Part shown: piece after piece, positions 29,472 to 39,661 of the stretch
Layout of the letters: every line of letters starts with the position of its first letter
Numbering within the stretch: position 1 is the first letter of the stretch
NCBI GenBank assembly: GCA_050258555.1
Contig: JBLMZA010000046.1
Coordinates: forward strand, 7,855-71,854
DNA length: 64,000 nucleotides
Direction of reading: 5' to 3'
Source: Acidobacteriota bacterium
Lineage (GTDB): Bacteria > Bacteroidota > Ignavibacteria > UBA10030 > UBA8401
The notes under the pieces: model-generated
Seen by the model: the letters and a program-made list of their open reading frames with translations, nothing else
Database searches by the model: none
What the model was told of the DNA's origin: nothing
Made by a program: the position numbers and the translations under genes

Positions 29472-30116
29472 ATGATCGAATCGATGATCCATGTCCTCAT
29501 TGTAGACGATGATGTCTCGTATACGAAAATCGTGCAGCAGACGCTCACCTCGTTCGCTGCCGACCAGTTCACCGTGACCGCCGCACACACCGGCGCGGAC
29601 GGCATAGCGGCGCTCAAGGCCGACGGGAGCATCGATATCGTCCTGCTCGACTATTTTCTCGGCGGCACGAACGGACTGGACGTGGCCAAGGAGATCCGCT
29701 CGCTCGGCATTGAAACGCCCATCGTGTTCGTCACATGGAACAAAGACTTCGAGCTTGCGGTCGAAGGCATCCAGCTCGGGGTCGAAGATTATCTCGTCAA
29801 GGATGAGATCGCCACCTCCATCCTTCCCAGCACGATCATCAACTCGCTTCAGCGTTCGGCGCTGAAGTCCAGGATCGCCGCAGAGCGCAAGCAGGCGGCC
29901 CTGGTCCGCAAGCGTGCCGAAGCGATCAAGGAACTGGTGATCACCGTCTGCCATGAATTCAACAATCCGCTTGCCGCGATCAAGATCAGCTCCGAAATCA
30001 TCTCGCGCAGCGTCAGCGCGCCGCATGACCGCGTGCTCATGGAAAATCTGAACAAGCAGAACCGCACGATCGAGAAAGAGATCATGAAGCTGCGGGACAT
30101 CTCGATTACACCCTGA
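29472..30116 (+). CDS. Receiver domain fused to a HisKA-like dimerisation/phosphoacceptor domain, with no HATPase_c domain.
   Basis: The REC part reads IHVLIVDDD...IVLLDYFLGGTNGLD...VFVTW. It is followed by VITVCHEFNNPLAAIKISSEII, an H-box-like helix, and the protein then ends. The start at MIESM is tentative. Confidence 0.55.
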   Translation: MIESMIHVLIVDDDVSYTKIVQQTLTSFAADQFTVTAAHTGADGIAALKADGSIDIVLLDYFLGGTNGLDVAKEIRSLGIETPIVFVTWNKDFELAVEGIQLGVEDYLVKDEIATSILPSTIINSLQRSALKSRIAAERKQAALVRKRAEAIKELVITVCHEFNNPLAAIKISSEIISRSVSAPHDRVLMENLNKQNRTIEKEIMKLRDISITP

Positions 30117-30201
30117 GAGCTGCCGCTCGCCGTTCAATTCTTCCGCACGCCTCGGTGCGCGCGGCTTCTTGTGTCATTCCGGTTCAGTCCGTCGTCTCAG
30201 T

Positions 30202-31056
30202 ATGATTCTACAGGCATTTGCAAAAATCAATCTCGGCCTTCGCATCATCGAGCGGAGGCCGGACGGCTTTCACGCCATTGAAACAATCTTTCACCGCATC
30301 GCGCTCTCGGATGAGATCACGCTCTCGTCGGCGGCTTCGGGCATCGCTCTGACGTGTTCCGATCCATCGCTTCCTGCCGACGAAACGAACCTCTGCTGGA
30401 AGGCTGCCGCCTGCCTTCAGAAGGAATGCGGCAGCGAGTTCGGCGTTTCCATGCACATCCGAAAACGCATTCCGATGGGCGCGGGCCTCGGCGGAGGCTC
30501 GAGCGACGCCGCCGTTATCCTGCGACATCTTCCGCGGCTCTGGGGCAAGCGCATCGATGACGACCGTCTGCTCGCACTGGGCGCCTCGCTCGGTTCCGAT
30601 GTTCCGTTTTTCCTCCAGGATTCGAGCGCATATGCCGAAGGCCGCGGCGAACTGCTCACGCCGTTTACGCTGCGGCTTCCCTACTGGATCGTGCTGGTCA
30701 ATCCCGGCATTCACGTGTCCACTCCGTGGGCGTACGGGGAATTTTCGAAGCGGCTTGCATCGGGACTCGCCGTTCGGCGCGGCACGCTTTTTTCGGCGGC
30801 AACGCATGCGATGGCATCGCTCGATGACGCGCTCAAAAACGATTTCGAGGATGTCGTCTTTCCGGCATTTCCTGCCGTCCGGGCGCTGAAGGAGGAGCTT
30901 CTCGCTTCGGGCGCATCATACGCGCTGATGTCGGGAAGCGGCTCGTCCGTGTTCGGACTCTTCGACAACGAGAACGATGCGCATCGGGCACACAAAATTT
31001 TTTCGGAGCGGATGTTCACGTCGCTCACTGAACCGAATTTTATTCCGGCATTATGA
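30202..31056 (+). CDS. ispE: 4-diphosphocytidyl-2-C-methyl-D-erythritol kinase (MEP pathway).
   Basis: The KINLGLRI start and the GHMP-kinase motif PMGAGLGGGSSDAA are present. It overlaps the downstream TonB-receptor gene by 4 nt. Confidence 0.85.
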   Translation: MILQAFAKINLGLRIIERRPDGFHAIETIFHRIALSDEITLSSAASGIALTCSDPSLPADETNLCWKAAACLQKECGSEFGVSMHIRKRIPMGAGLGGGSSDAAVILRHLPRLWGKRIDDDRLLALGASLGSDVPFFLQDSSAYAEGRGELLTPFTLRLPYWIVLVNPGIHVSTPWAYGEFSKRLASGLAVRRGTLFSAATHAMASLDDALKNDFEDVVFPAFPAVRALKEELLASGASYALMSGSGSSVFGLFDNENDAHRAHKIFSERMFTSLTEPNFIPAL

Positions 31057-33140
31057 CGAAACGGCTGAAGCGCGCATTCTTGATTGCGATCATCATCATT
31101 GCCTGTACCGCCGCAGCAGAGCATGCGGCAGCGCAGAGCGACACAACGCGAGCGGCGATCGCCGCACCGCGCGACACGCTCGTACGCATTACGCCCTTCA
31201 CCCGTGTGGGATCCCTCTCTGTGACGCTCGACCGCTACACATCGGCCGATGCAGCCTCCATCCTGTGGAACGAGTACCGCACGCTGTCCGATCTGGTCTC
31301 CTCGATTCCCGGCGTCTTCGTCTCGGCAAAATCGAGTCCCGGACAACCCGAGCGGGTTTCCTTCACCGGCGCCGGAGATGCGGCCACAGTGGTGCTCGTC
31401 GACGGCATCAGTCTGAATGATCCCTTCACCGGCACCTATAACTTTTCCCTTTTCCCCGTCGAGGCCGTCGAGCAGCTGGAAGTCGTCACCGGCGCGCGCG
31501 CGTTCCTTTACGGGGACAATTCGGCCGGCGGCGCAGTGAACGTCGTGACGAAAAGCTTTTCCAACAATAAGCCCTACACGCGCATCCGCTACAGCCAGGG
31601 AATGGACGGCTACACGCAGACCGACGCGCTCTTCAGCCAGAACATCGTGAGCCGGTTCAATCTCATGTTCGGCCTCTCCTATCTCGGATACGGATACGAC
31701 AATCTCTCGAACTTCTATCGGGGCCGGTACGCCAACGCTGCAAGCGGCGCCTACACATTCAGAACGAAGCTCCGCTACGATGTCTCATCGACGCTCAATC
31801 TCGTCTTCACGCATTTCTATCATCAGGGCGAGACGGAACTCAACGGAGGCGTCGATGTCTCGAAGACGCCCGCCGCCGACTGGTATAATGAGAACGAGGC
31901 ATCGGTCGTGAACCTCGAGGCGTACGAAAAATTCTCGAATCATCATGCAGCGCTCAGCGCGGTCTACCGGCCGACGGGCGATTCGACGCTCTCGGGCACA
32001 CTCACGCTCTTCGGCGCTCACCGTCTGCGCGAGTACCGCGATGAGCAGAACCGGTACGGAGCAGGCAATGAAATCTTCGTCCACGAAAATTTCGAGTCGG
32101 GCGTGCTCGGAGCGCGCGCGCAGGCCGACTGGGCATGGCGCGGAAACGCATTCACGGCGATTGCCGAGGCGCACCGGACAGATGAAGTGCGCTCGCTCTT
32201 CGGCCGGGGCGAGCAGGAAAATCGGCAGTTCGTGAGCCTGAAAGACGAACTCTCGCCCTTCCGCGCCGTCACACTGGCCGGATACATCCGGATCGAGAAC
32301 GGCCAGAAGCAGATGCTCGAAAATTTCGGCGCCGATGTCAGGCTGCGGATTTCCGATGTGCTCACGGCCAGCGCCGGCGCATCGCAGTCGCATCGCCGGC
32401 CCACCCGTGCCGAACGCGCGCTTGCCGGCGGCATCGCCGATACGACGGTCGCCAAGATGCTGAAAGGATCCGACATCGTGCCCTGGACCTCCGCACATGC
32501 GCCGCTCGAAGATGAAGTCCATCATGTCGCCGAGGCGTCGCTGCGCTTCACGCCGCATGCGCAATTCGCCCTCGACCTGACCGCCTCGCGCAGGATGATC
32601 GATCATTTCATCGACAATGCTCTCATCATTCCCCATCAGGGACAGAACATCACGTTCGATGTACTGACGGCGGCCGTGCAGACGCACTTCGGGAGCATTC
32701 ATATCGACGCATCGGCTGAGTACACTCATCAGTCCGAACTGCTGCGCGGCGACCCTTCGGTGCCGCATACGATGGAGGCCGGCTTCTACGGCTCGTATGC
32801 CGTGCGGCTGTTCCCTGAATGGCGCGGAGCAGGCTCGGTGTATTTCCGGGGAACGCTTGCGAAGGGGAATCTCGATCTGAAGGCGGGCATGTCGGGACGC
32901 TTCTGGTCGGCGTTCCACGGCATGCAGGAACGCTTCCCCGACGGCGTGCCGAATCCCACGCTCAGGCGCACGATCGGGAATGCCGGCGTGCTCGATCTGT
33001 TTCTCATCGCGCATATCGGCGATGCGCAGATTCACGTGATCATGGAGAATGTGACGAATACCGGATATATGCTCGCGCCGTATTATCCGATGTACGACCG
33101 GGGATTCCGGTTCGGCGTGTCGTGGGAATTTTGGAATTGA
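31053..33140 (+). CDS. TonB-dependent outer-membrane receptor.
   Basis: It has a signal peptide and the plug-domain block VVLVDGISLNDPFTGTYNFSLFPVEAVEQLEVVTGARAFLYG. A long barrel follows, ending ...FGVSWEFWN. Confidence 0.7.
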   Translation: MTKRLKRAFLIAIIIIACTAAAEHAAAQSDTTRAAIAAPRDTLVRITPFTRVGSLSVTLDRYTSADAASILWNEYRTLSDLVSSIPGVFVSAKSSPGQPERVSFTGAGDAATVVLVDGISLNDPFTGTYNFSLFPVEAVEQLEVVTGARAFLYGDNSAGGAVNVVTKSFSNNKPYTRIRYSQGMDGYTQTDALFSQNIVSRFNLMFGLSYLGYGYDNLSNFYRGRYANAASGAYTFRTKLRYDVSSTLNLVFTHFYHQGETELNGGVDVSKTPAADWYNENEASVVNLEAYEKFSNHHAALSAVYRPTGDSTLSGTLTLFGAHRLREYRDEQNRYGAGNEIFVHENFESGVLGARAQADWAWRGNAFTAIAEAHRTDEVRSLFGRGEQENRQFVSLKDELSPFRAVTLAGYIRIENGQKQMLENFGADVRLRISDVLTASAGASQSHRRPTRAERALAGGIADTTVAKMLKGSDIVPWTSAHAPLEDEVHHVAEASLRFTPHAQFALDLTASRRMIDHFIDNALIIPHQGQNITFDVLTAAVQTHFGSIHIDASAEYTHQSELLRGDPSVPHTMEAGFYGSYAVRLFPEWRGAGSVYFRGTLAKGNLDLKAGMSGRFWSAFHGMQERFPDGVPNPTLRRTIGNAGVLDLFLIAHIGDAQIHVIMENVTNTGYMLAPYYPMYDRGFRFGVSWEFWN

Positions 33141-33142
33141 TA

Positions 33143-34957
33143 TTACGAATCTCCGCGCAACGCCCGTATCCTTCTTCGTGCCTCATCGATGAACAATGAA
33201 TTCGGATACTCCGCCAGAATTGCGCTGTAGGCCGCGATGGCATTCCCCTTGTCCTGCATCGAGTACTGGTAAATTTCGCCGATGCGGAACTGCGCCTTGT
33301 CGCGCTCCGTGCTTTTCGGAAACGCGCTCAAGAGTCCCTGCAGCGTCCGGAGCGCATCGACCGGACGCTTGATCTTCGTCTCGTATTCCGCCTTCTTCAG
33401 CATCGCATCATCGCACAGCGGCGCTTCACCCGACTGCAGGATCACGTCGTTGAGCACTGCGATCGCCTCGCTCAGTTTCCCCTGCCGCGCCAGAAATTCC
33501 GCGCGGGCGTACGACTCGAGGGCGCTTTCGAACGCGTCCTTGTTCTCGAGTATGAACGCCTGCAGAATGAGCGCATCGTTGGCTTCATCCGACTGCACGT
33601 TCGCCGTCAGTCCGGTGAGCATTGTGAGCGCCGAGTCGAACTTCGCCTGATAGAACAGCAGCTCGGCCATGCGATAGCGCGCATCGGAGCGCTGCTGATC
33701 CGATGACTGGGGCGACCCTGCAACGGCATCGTATTGCACACGCGCATCGTCTGTCTTTCCCTGCCGCAGATACACATCCCCCATGGCCGCGCGCACGACC
33801 GACAGCATCGGGCTGGCCGGTGCAATAACGGTGATGGAATCGTACGCTGCAAGGGCGCCGTTCAGGTCGCCCAGCCGTGATGCGCGGATGGTGCCGATCC
33901 GATAGAGCGCCTGCGCATGGATTTCAGACATCGGGTACTCGCGCGTGAGTGATTCATAGAGCGCCAGCACGGTCCGCACCGAGCCCTCGCGGCCGCCGGC
34001 TGAGTCGGCCTGCGCACTCAGTTCCTCCATGCAGCGCGCGTAGCCGAGTTTCGCCTGAGGCGCAAACGACGATTCCGATCCGGCATCGAGCGCCTTCCGA
34101 TAGGCTTTGGCCGCGGGACCATAGGCGTTCTCGCGGAAGACGCGCTCGGCGAACACGAAGAGCTCCGTTCCGCCGGAGTTGATGCGGTTCTCGATCGTTT
34201 CCGTCACGCCGAATGCCTCGTCGTACTGCTTCGCTTCCATCCACAGCCAGGCGAGCACGCGCAGAAATACGACGCTTTCCTTCCGGTCTTCGGCATACGC
34301 GCGCGCCGCATCGATGGCCGCCTGGAGTCCTTCGGGCCTGCCGGTCAGCGTGGAGAGCCGCGATTCGACGTAATCGAGCTGGAATTCATTCTGTTCGAGC
34401 ATGAGCAGGTATTCGTCCGCCGCGCCCCGGAAGTTCATCATCGTCGTAAAGAGCGAGGCAAGATCGTTGGCGAAGGCATACTTGTCTCCGAGCTCTGTGC
34501 GTCCGCGCTTTAAGGTCTGCACCGCCTTGTCGAGCATGCGCAGCTGCGCCTGTTCCGTGGCGACAAGCCGGTAGACGCCCGCGTTCTTCGGAGCGCTCTG
34601 CAGCACCGCGTTCCACATCGAATCGGCCTGCATGCTGCGGCCGGACATGGCATAAATTCCGGCCAGCGCCGTCTTGACATTGATGTCACCCGGCTGCGAT
34701 GCGAAGCGGGCCAGACAGAGCGCGATGGCTTCGTCGTATTTCTTGCGCTGCGTGTAGTTCCGCCGAAGGGCGTCGAAGTACACGAAATTGCCGGGATTGC
34801 TCCGGTTCAGCTGCTCGTAGAGCTGCCCGGCACGCTCGAGGTCGCCGCCCTGTTCGTAACTTTGCGCAAGCCGGAAAATATTCTGCTCGTCGGTTGTCTG
34901 CGCCTGCGCAAGGGCGAAGCATCCGGCAATGAGCACGAGAACGATCGTTTTCATCAT
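33143..34957 (-). CDS. Secreted multi-TPR repeat protein.
   Basis: The signal peptide is MMKTIVLVLIAGCFALAQAQ. It contains more than 10 TPR-like helical hairpins (for example AGQLYEQLNRSNPGNFVYFDALRRNY and ALYRIGTIRASRLGDLNGALAAYDSI). Confidence 0.65.
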   Translation of the reverse strand: MMKTIVLVLIAGCFALAQAQTTDEQNIFRLAQSYEQGGDLERAGQLYEQLNRSNPGNFVYFDALRRNYTQRKKYDEAIALCLARFASQPGDINVKTALAGIYAMSGRSMQADSMWNAVLQSAPKNAGVYRLVATEQAQLRMLDKAVQTLKRGRTELGDKYAFANDLASLFTTMMNFRGAADEYLLMLEQNEFQLDYVESRLSTLTGRPEGLQAAIDAARAYAEDRKESVVFLRVLAWLWMEAKQYDEAFGVTETIENRINSGGTELFVFAERVFRENAYGPAAKAYRKALDAGSESSFAPQAKLGYARCMEELSAQADSAGGREGSVRTVLALYESLTREYPMSEIHAQALYRIGTIRASRLGDLNGALAAYDSITVIAPASPMLSVVRAAMGDVYLRQGKTDDARVQYDAVAGSPQSSDQQRSDARYRMAELLFYQAKFDSALTMLTGLTANVQSDEANDALILQAFILENKDAFESALESYARAEFLARQGKLSEAIAVLNDVILQSGEAPLCDDAMLKKAEYETKIKRPVDALRTLQGLLSAFPKSTERDKAQFRIGEIYQYSMQDKGNAIAAYSAILAEYPNSLFIDEARRRIRALRGDS

Positions 34958-35081
34958 TCTTTAATATAGGAAGACTTCGCTGATGCTGCAACATCGGGAG
35001 CGCCATCGGCTTCCTTGCTTTCCTCTCAAGATTTCGCTAACTTTTGATAATGTACAATATATTTTTCGTTTCCCACTTCAG

Positions 35082-36251
35082 ATGACGACACCACGGCTTC
35101 AACATATCGCTATTCTCGGCTCTACCGGCTCGATCGGAACGAGCAGTCTCGATGTCATTGAGAATTTTCCCGAGGAATTCCGCGTCACCTATCTCACGGC
35201 CAATACGAACGTCGAGGCCCTGCTCGGGCAGGTCCGGCGCTTCCGGCCCCGGGGCGTCGTTGTGCTGGACCGCCTGGCGGCCGAACGCGTCCGCCGCGAG
35301 CTCAACGGCACCACGGAAGTGCTCTGCGGCGAGGAAGGCCTGTGCGAGATCGTCCAGCGCGACGACGTCGATACGGTCATCAGTTCGCTGGTCGGCTTTG
35401 CAGGACTCAAGCCGACGGTCAGGGCGATCGAGGCCGGAAAAAAAATCGCTCTGGCGAACAAGGAAACGCTCGTTGTGGCCGGCGAGATCATGATGGATCT
35501 TGTGCGGCGCCACGGCGTCGAATTGCTTCCGGTGGACAGCGAGCATTCGGCGATCTTTCAGTGCCTTGTCGGCGAATCGCGCAGCCAGGTGCAGAAGATC
35601 ATCCTCACCGCATCGGGCGGACCCTTCCGCACGAAGACCGCCGACGAGCTTCGGCATGTGAGCGTCGAACACGCGCTCAATCATCCGAATTGGAAGATGG
35701 GCAGCAAGATCACGATCGACTCGGCCTCGATGATGAACAAGGGTCTCGAAGTGATCGAAGCCCGGTGGCTGTTCGATGTTCCGGCCGAAAAAATCGAAGT
35801 GGTCGTTCATCCGCAGTCGATCATCCATTCGATGGTGGAATTCGTCGACGGTTCGGTCAAGGCGCAGCTAGGCGTTCCCGACATGAAGATACCGATCCAA
35901 TATGCGCTCACCTATCCGCGGCGCTCGCCTTCCGCATTCGGACGCGTGCGGTTTCCGGCGCTCGGCACAATGACGTTCTTCGAACCCGACACGGAGATCT
36001 TCCCCGCGCTCGGGCTGGCGTATCGGGCGCTCGAGGCAGCCGGCACGATGCCCGCCGCCATGAACGCCGCCAATGAAATCGCCGTCGCGTTGTTTCTTGC
36101 CGGAGGCATCCCGTTCGTCCAGATTCCCGAAATCATTGCCGATACCATGGCTCATCATACCAACACGCTTCATCCGACGCTCGACGATATTCGGGAAGCG
36201 GATGCATGGGCGCGGCGCTTCGCCGCCGAACTCGTACATGTGAAAGGATAA
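35082..36251 (+). CDS. dxr: 1-deoxy-D-xylulose-5-phosphate reductoisomerase.
   Basis: IAILGSTGSIGTSSLDVI is the NADPH-binding region. LANKETLV and DSEHSAIFQCL match DXR. The start is at MTTPRL. Confidence 0.9.
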   Translation: MTTPRLQHIAILGSTGSIGTSSLDVIENFPEEFRVTYLTANTNVEALLGQVRRFRPRGVVVLDRLAAERVRRELNGTTEVLCGEEGLCEIVQRDDVDTVISSLVGFAGLKPTVRAIEAGKKIALANKETLVVAGEIMMDLVRRHGVELLPVDSEHSAIFQCLVGESRSQVQKIILTASGGPFRTKTADELRHVSVEHALNHPNWKMGSKITIDSASMMNKGLEVIEARWLFDVPAEKIEVVVHPQSIIHSMVEFVDGSVKAQLGVPDMKIPIQYALTYPRRSPSAFGRVRFPALGTMTFFEPDTEIFPALGLAYRALEAAGTMPAAMNAANEIAVALFLAGGIPFVQIPEIIADTMAHHTNTLHPTLDDIREADAWARRFAAELVHVKG

Positions 36252-36254
36252 TTA

Positions 36255-37619
36255 ATGGAATTTCTCTCATCGGTCTTCTATTTTGTCATCGTCATCGGCG
36301 TGCTCGTCTTCATCCACGAGTTCGGTCATTTCATCGCCGCGAAGGCATCGGGCATGCGCGCCGAAGTCTTCGCCATCGGCATGGGCTACAGGCTCTTCGG
36401 CTGGAACCGCGTCAACGGCTTTTCGTTCTGGAAGCTCGACGAAACGATCGATCTGGGCAATCATACCGACTATCGCGTCGCCGCATTCCCCATCGGCGGC
36501 TATGTGAAGATCTCGGGCATGGTCGATGAAAGCATGGATACCGAGTTTGTAAACAAAGAACCTCAGCCCTGGGAGTTCCGCGCCAAACCTGTCTGGCAGC
36601 GAATGATTGTCATATGCGCCGGCGTTATAATGAATGTCGTGCTCGCGGGATTCATTTTTTGGTCGATAGCCTATATACAGGGCGATCGGCTCATGCAGAC
36701 GACCGAGATCGGGTATGTTGTTCCGAACAGCGCTGCGGCCAAGGCCGGACTCGAACAGGGCGACAAGGTCCTCGCCGTCAACGGCAAAAACGTGGACCAT
36801 TGGGAAGCCATCCTGCAGTCGATGTACCTCGATAATCTGGGCAAGGATCTCACGTTCGATATCGAACGCGCGGGCCGCACCTCGGAGCTTGTCGTACCGC
36901 GCGAGTCTCTTCCCGACATCCAGGATGCCTCGTTCGGCATCATCCCCACGCAGACCGAAGCGGTCGTCTCGGAAGTCATGAAGGGAAAGCCGGCCGAGAA
37001 AGCCGGACTGCAGAAAGGCGACGTCATTCTTGCGCTCAACGGCGAACGCGTCTTCAACGAGCAGCAGGTGATCCGCATCATCAAAGCGAACGCATCGAAG
37101 ACTGTCGCCATGCAGGTGAAGCGCAGCGCGGATTCGACGCTCCCGCTTTCGGTGACGCCGTCGGATGAAGGCCTGATCGGCATCGGCATCGGAGCGCGCT
37201 ATAACGGTCCGTGGCTCCACGTGAAATACGGATTCCTCGAATCATTCCCCAAGGGAATGAAGGAAACCGGCCGCATGGTGGTGCTGCATGTGCAGTTCTT
37301 CTATCAGCTGCTCACCGGGAAACAGTCGTTCTCGAAATCGGTCGGCGGTCCGGTCAAGATCGCGCAGATGGCCAATCGCAGCGCCGAAGTGGGATTGTTG
37401 AACTTCCTCGGATTCATGGGACTGCTGAGCGTGAGCCTTGCCGTGCTGAATATTCTTCCGCTGCCGGCGCTCGACGGCGGACATTTTCTTCTGCTTGCGA
37501 TCGAAGGGATCTTCCGCCGACCGGTGCCGACGAAAGTGCAGATGGTGATACAGCAGATCGGCGTCGTGCTGCTCATGGGCCTGATGGCATTCGTGCTGTT
37601 CAACGATATTTTCAGATAA
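36255..37619 (+). CDS. rseP: RIP metalloprotease RseP (site-2 protease, M50 family) with PDZ domains.
   Basis: HEFGHFIAA is the HExxH motif in TM1. Two PDZ-like segments are present. A C-terminal TM region with a metal-ligand Asp lies in LNILPLPALDGGH. It starts 4 nt after dxr. Confidence 0.9.
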   Translation: MEFLSSVFYFVIVIGVLVFIHEFGHFIAAKASGMRAEVFAIGMGYRLFGWNRVNGFSFWKLDETIDLGNHTDYRVAAFPIGGYVKISGMVDESMDTEFVNKEPQPWEFRAKPVWQRMIVICAGVIMNVVLAGFIFWSIAYIQGDRLMQTTEIGYVVPNSAAAKAGLEQGDKVLAVNGKNVDHWEAILQSMYLDNLGKDLTFDIERAGRTSELVVPRESLPDIQDASFGIIPTQTEAVVSEVMKGKPAEKAGLQKGDVILALNGERVFNEQQVIRIIKANASKTVAMQVKRSADSTLPLSVTPSDEGLIGIGIGARYNGPWLHVKYGFLESFPKGMKETGRMVVLHVQFFYQLLTGKQSFSKSVGGPVKIAQMANRSAEVGLLNFLGFMGLLSVSLAVLNILPLPALDGGHFLLLAIEGIFRRPVPTKVQMVIQQIGVVLLMGLMAFVLFNDIFR

Positions 37620-37682
37620 GCGGCGGGGGGCATGCAGCGCGGAACATTTCCAGATTAACTTTTACTGTGGAGCGTTCTTCTC

Positions 37683-38855
37683 ATGTCGAACAAATTATCG
37701 GTTGTCTTCCGGCTGGCACTCGCGGCTTCCGCCCTTGTCTTCACGACGCTTCGCGCTCAGACGCTTCCCCTTCGGGTCAATGTCACAATGACCGAGGCCG
37801 AGATCATCAATGCCGGCCCGCTCTTCGACATCATGGCGGACCGGATCAAGCCTCTCGACCGTTCCACATTCAGCGTCGATTTTCAGAATACCACACCCGA
37901 TCGTCAGCCTGTCTGGGCCCGGATGCATATCGAAGCCTGGGTCACGCTCGATGAGGATCATGAGCGGCTGCAGATTTTCACTTCCGACACCAGAACGCCC
38001 TTTCTCATCCCGCCGGAAGGCCGCACGTTTCTCGCAAGCGACAGCTGGGACGACAACAGCGGCGACATGCAGTTCATGTCGGTGAAGAACGACGCCTCGT
38101 TCAACCGCGTGAAGGATAAGGTGACCGACCCGGCCGGCGGCGGCCGCGTTCCCTCGGGAACGTACGAAGTTGCCGTCACGCTGACCGTGGTCAAAATCGG
38201 CAGCGAAACGGTCATGCTCGATATTCCGGTGCATGTTCCGCCGGTCGTCGTCACCAATCCCTCGAACGCGACATTGAATCTTCCTTTTGCCGACGGACAC
38301 CGCTACGCCTCGACATTCCCCCAGTTCCAGTGGGTCACCGACATGCGCCGGGTCCGGCTTTCGGTCTATGAAAAGCGGCCCGAGCATCAGTCGAATGAAG
38401 ATGCCGTCCAGGCATCCGATCCGTTCCTTGAAGTGGTGATCGACCGCCGCGCATCCGGCGGCACGGCGCAATTCACGTACCCCCAGAGTTCCTCGTCGGC
38501 GCCGGGCATCGAGATCGTCCGCGGCCCGCGCCCGCTCGAACGAGGCAAGACCTATGTCGTCGAATTCGAAGGGCTGGTCTCGACCATCGCCGCCGAGATC
38601 GAGCCGCATCGCACGATCCGCTCGTTCTCGATCGACGATCCGGCATCGCTCGCGCAGCAGGAAGAATTCCGCCGGGTCATCAACTCCCTTCCCGCGCTGC
38701 AGGAGGCGCTGCAGAGCGGCAGCATCGACATGAATGATTTCCAGATCAATCAGAACGGCATTTCGCTGAACGGCCGCGCGATGACGCTGCAGGAACTTCA
38801 GGAGTATCTCAGCCGCAACAACGGAAAACACTACACCATACAGATCATCGATTAA
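37683..38855 (+). CDS. Hypothetical secreted/periplasmic protein. It is the first gene of the FecR-barrel-CHASE2 operon.
   Basis: The signal peptide is MSNKLSVVFRLALAASALVFTTLRAQ. There is no recognisable motif. Composition is normal, and the antisense shadow ORF is Arg/Asp-rich. Confidence 0.4.
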   Translation: MSNKLSVVFRLALAASALVFTTLRAQTLPLRVNVTMTEAEIINAGPLFDIMADRIKPLDRSTFSVDFQNTTPDRQPVWARMHIEAWVTLDEDHERLQIFTSDTRTPFLIPPEGRTFLASDSWDDNSGDMQFMSVKNDASFNRVKDKVTDPAGGGRVPSGTYEVAVTLTVVKIGSETVMLDIPVHVPPVVVTNPSNATLNLPFADGHRYASTFPQFQWVTDMRRVRLSVYEKRPEHQSNEDAVQASDPFLEVVIDRRASGGTAQFTYPQSSSSAPGIEIVRGPRPLERGKTYVVEFEGLVSTIAAEIEPHRTIRSFSIDDPASLAQQEEFRRVINSLPALQEALQSGSIDMNDFQINQNGISLNGRAMTLQELQEYLSRNNGKHYTIQIID

Positions 38856-38871
38856 CGCGGAACCAACCATC

Positions 38872-39651
38872 ATGCTTCGATCTCTCATCGTCACTGCATG
38901 CATCGCCTGCAGCGGCTCTCTTCTGCATGCGGCGGGGAACGGCCCCGTTGCCGCCATGCACAAACCAGTCGGCACTGTCGACTGCAGCATCGACGGAACA
39001 TGGAAGAAAGCCGTTCCCGCAATGCCTCTCTACTCGGGCAATATCGTGCGGACGCAGGAGAACTCGTTTGCCATCGTCAAGTTTCTCGAAAACTCCATCA
39101 TACGCGTTCAGGAAAAGTCGGAGGTGGAAATCCGCGGCACAAAGACCGACGACAAGGAATTCTCGAAGAACGTGCATCTGCGCACGGGCACGGTGGGCTT
39201 CAATGTGAAGAAGCGCCCGAATGAAAAGTTTGAATTCTCCACCCCCACATCGGTGGCATCGATCCGCGGCACCGAAGGCGCGCTCATGTCGGGATCGGAC
39301 AGCACCGACCTGCTTGTGCTGCAGTCCGGATCGGTGCTCTTCACGAACAATTTTTCGAATCAGTCCGTCACGGTCAACGGCGGCCAGACCGGGCATTCCC
39401 GGTCGAACGGCCAGATCGATGTCCGTCCGTCGTCATCCGACGACATCAACCGCATGCACCGCGTGCAGCAGCTCGGCGGAACGAACGGCACAGGCGGAGG
39501 CGGAACCGATTCGACCGGAGCCAATGGAACGCCGGGCGGCGCCGGCACCGGCCAGGGACAGCAGCAGGGATCGCAGCAGAACGAGGAGATCCGCATACAG
39601 GTCACCGACCCGAGCGGCAATCATAAAACCATGATCATCAAACCCGAATAA
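38872..39651 (+). CDS. FecR-domain lipoprotein (LipL45-like) with a Gly/Gln-rich C-terminal tail.
   Basis: The probable lipobox is IVTAC. The core reads ...IVRTQENSFAIVKFLENSIIRVQEKSEVEI...GTVGFNVKK..KFEFSTPTSVASIRGTEGALMSGSDSTDLLVLQSGSVLF, matching the FecR sensor-domain pattern. The low-complexity tail is GGTNGTGGGGTDSTGANGTPGGAGTGQGQQQG. Confidence 0.55.
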   Translation: MLRSLIVTACIACSGSLLHAAGNGPVAAMHKPVGTVDCSIDGTWKKAVPAMPLYSGNIVRTQENSFAIVKFLENSIIRVQEKSEVEIRGTKTDDKEFSKNVHLRTGTVGFNVKKRPNEKFEFSTPTSVASIRGTEGALMSGSDSTDLLVLQSGSVLFTNNFSNQSVTVNGGQTGHSRSNGQIDVRPSSSDDINRMHRVQQLGGTNGTGGGGTDSTGANGTPGGAGTGQGQQQGSQQNEEIRIQVTDPSGNHKTMIIKPE

Positions 39652-39661
39652 CGGCACGACG

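Noticed and set aside
34958-35081. A clear promoter call upstream of dxr (a TACAAT element is present).
   Set aside because: I could not find a matching -35 or -33 element at the correct spacing in either the sigma-70 or the Bacteroidetes format.
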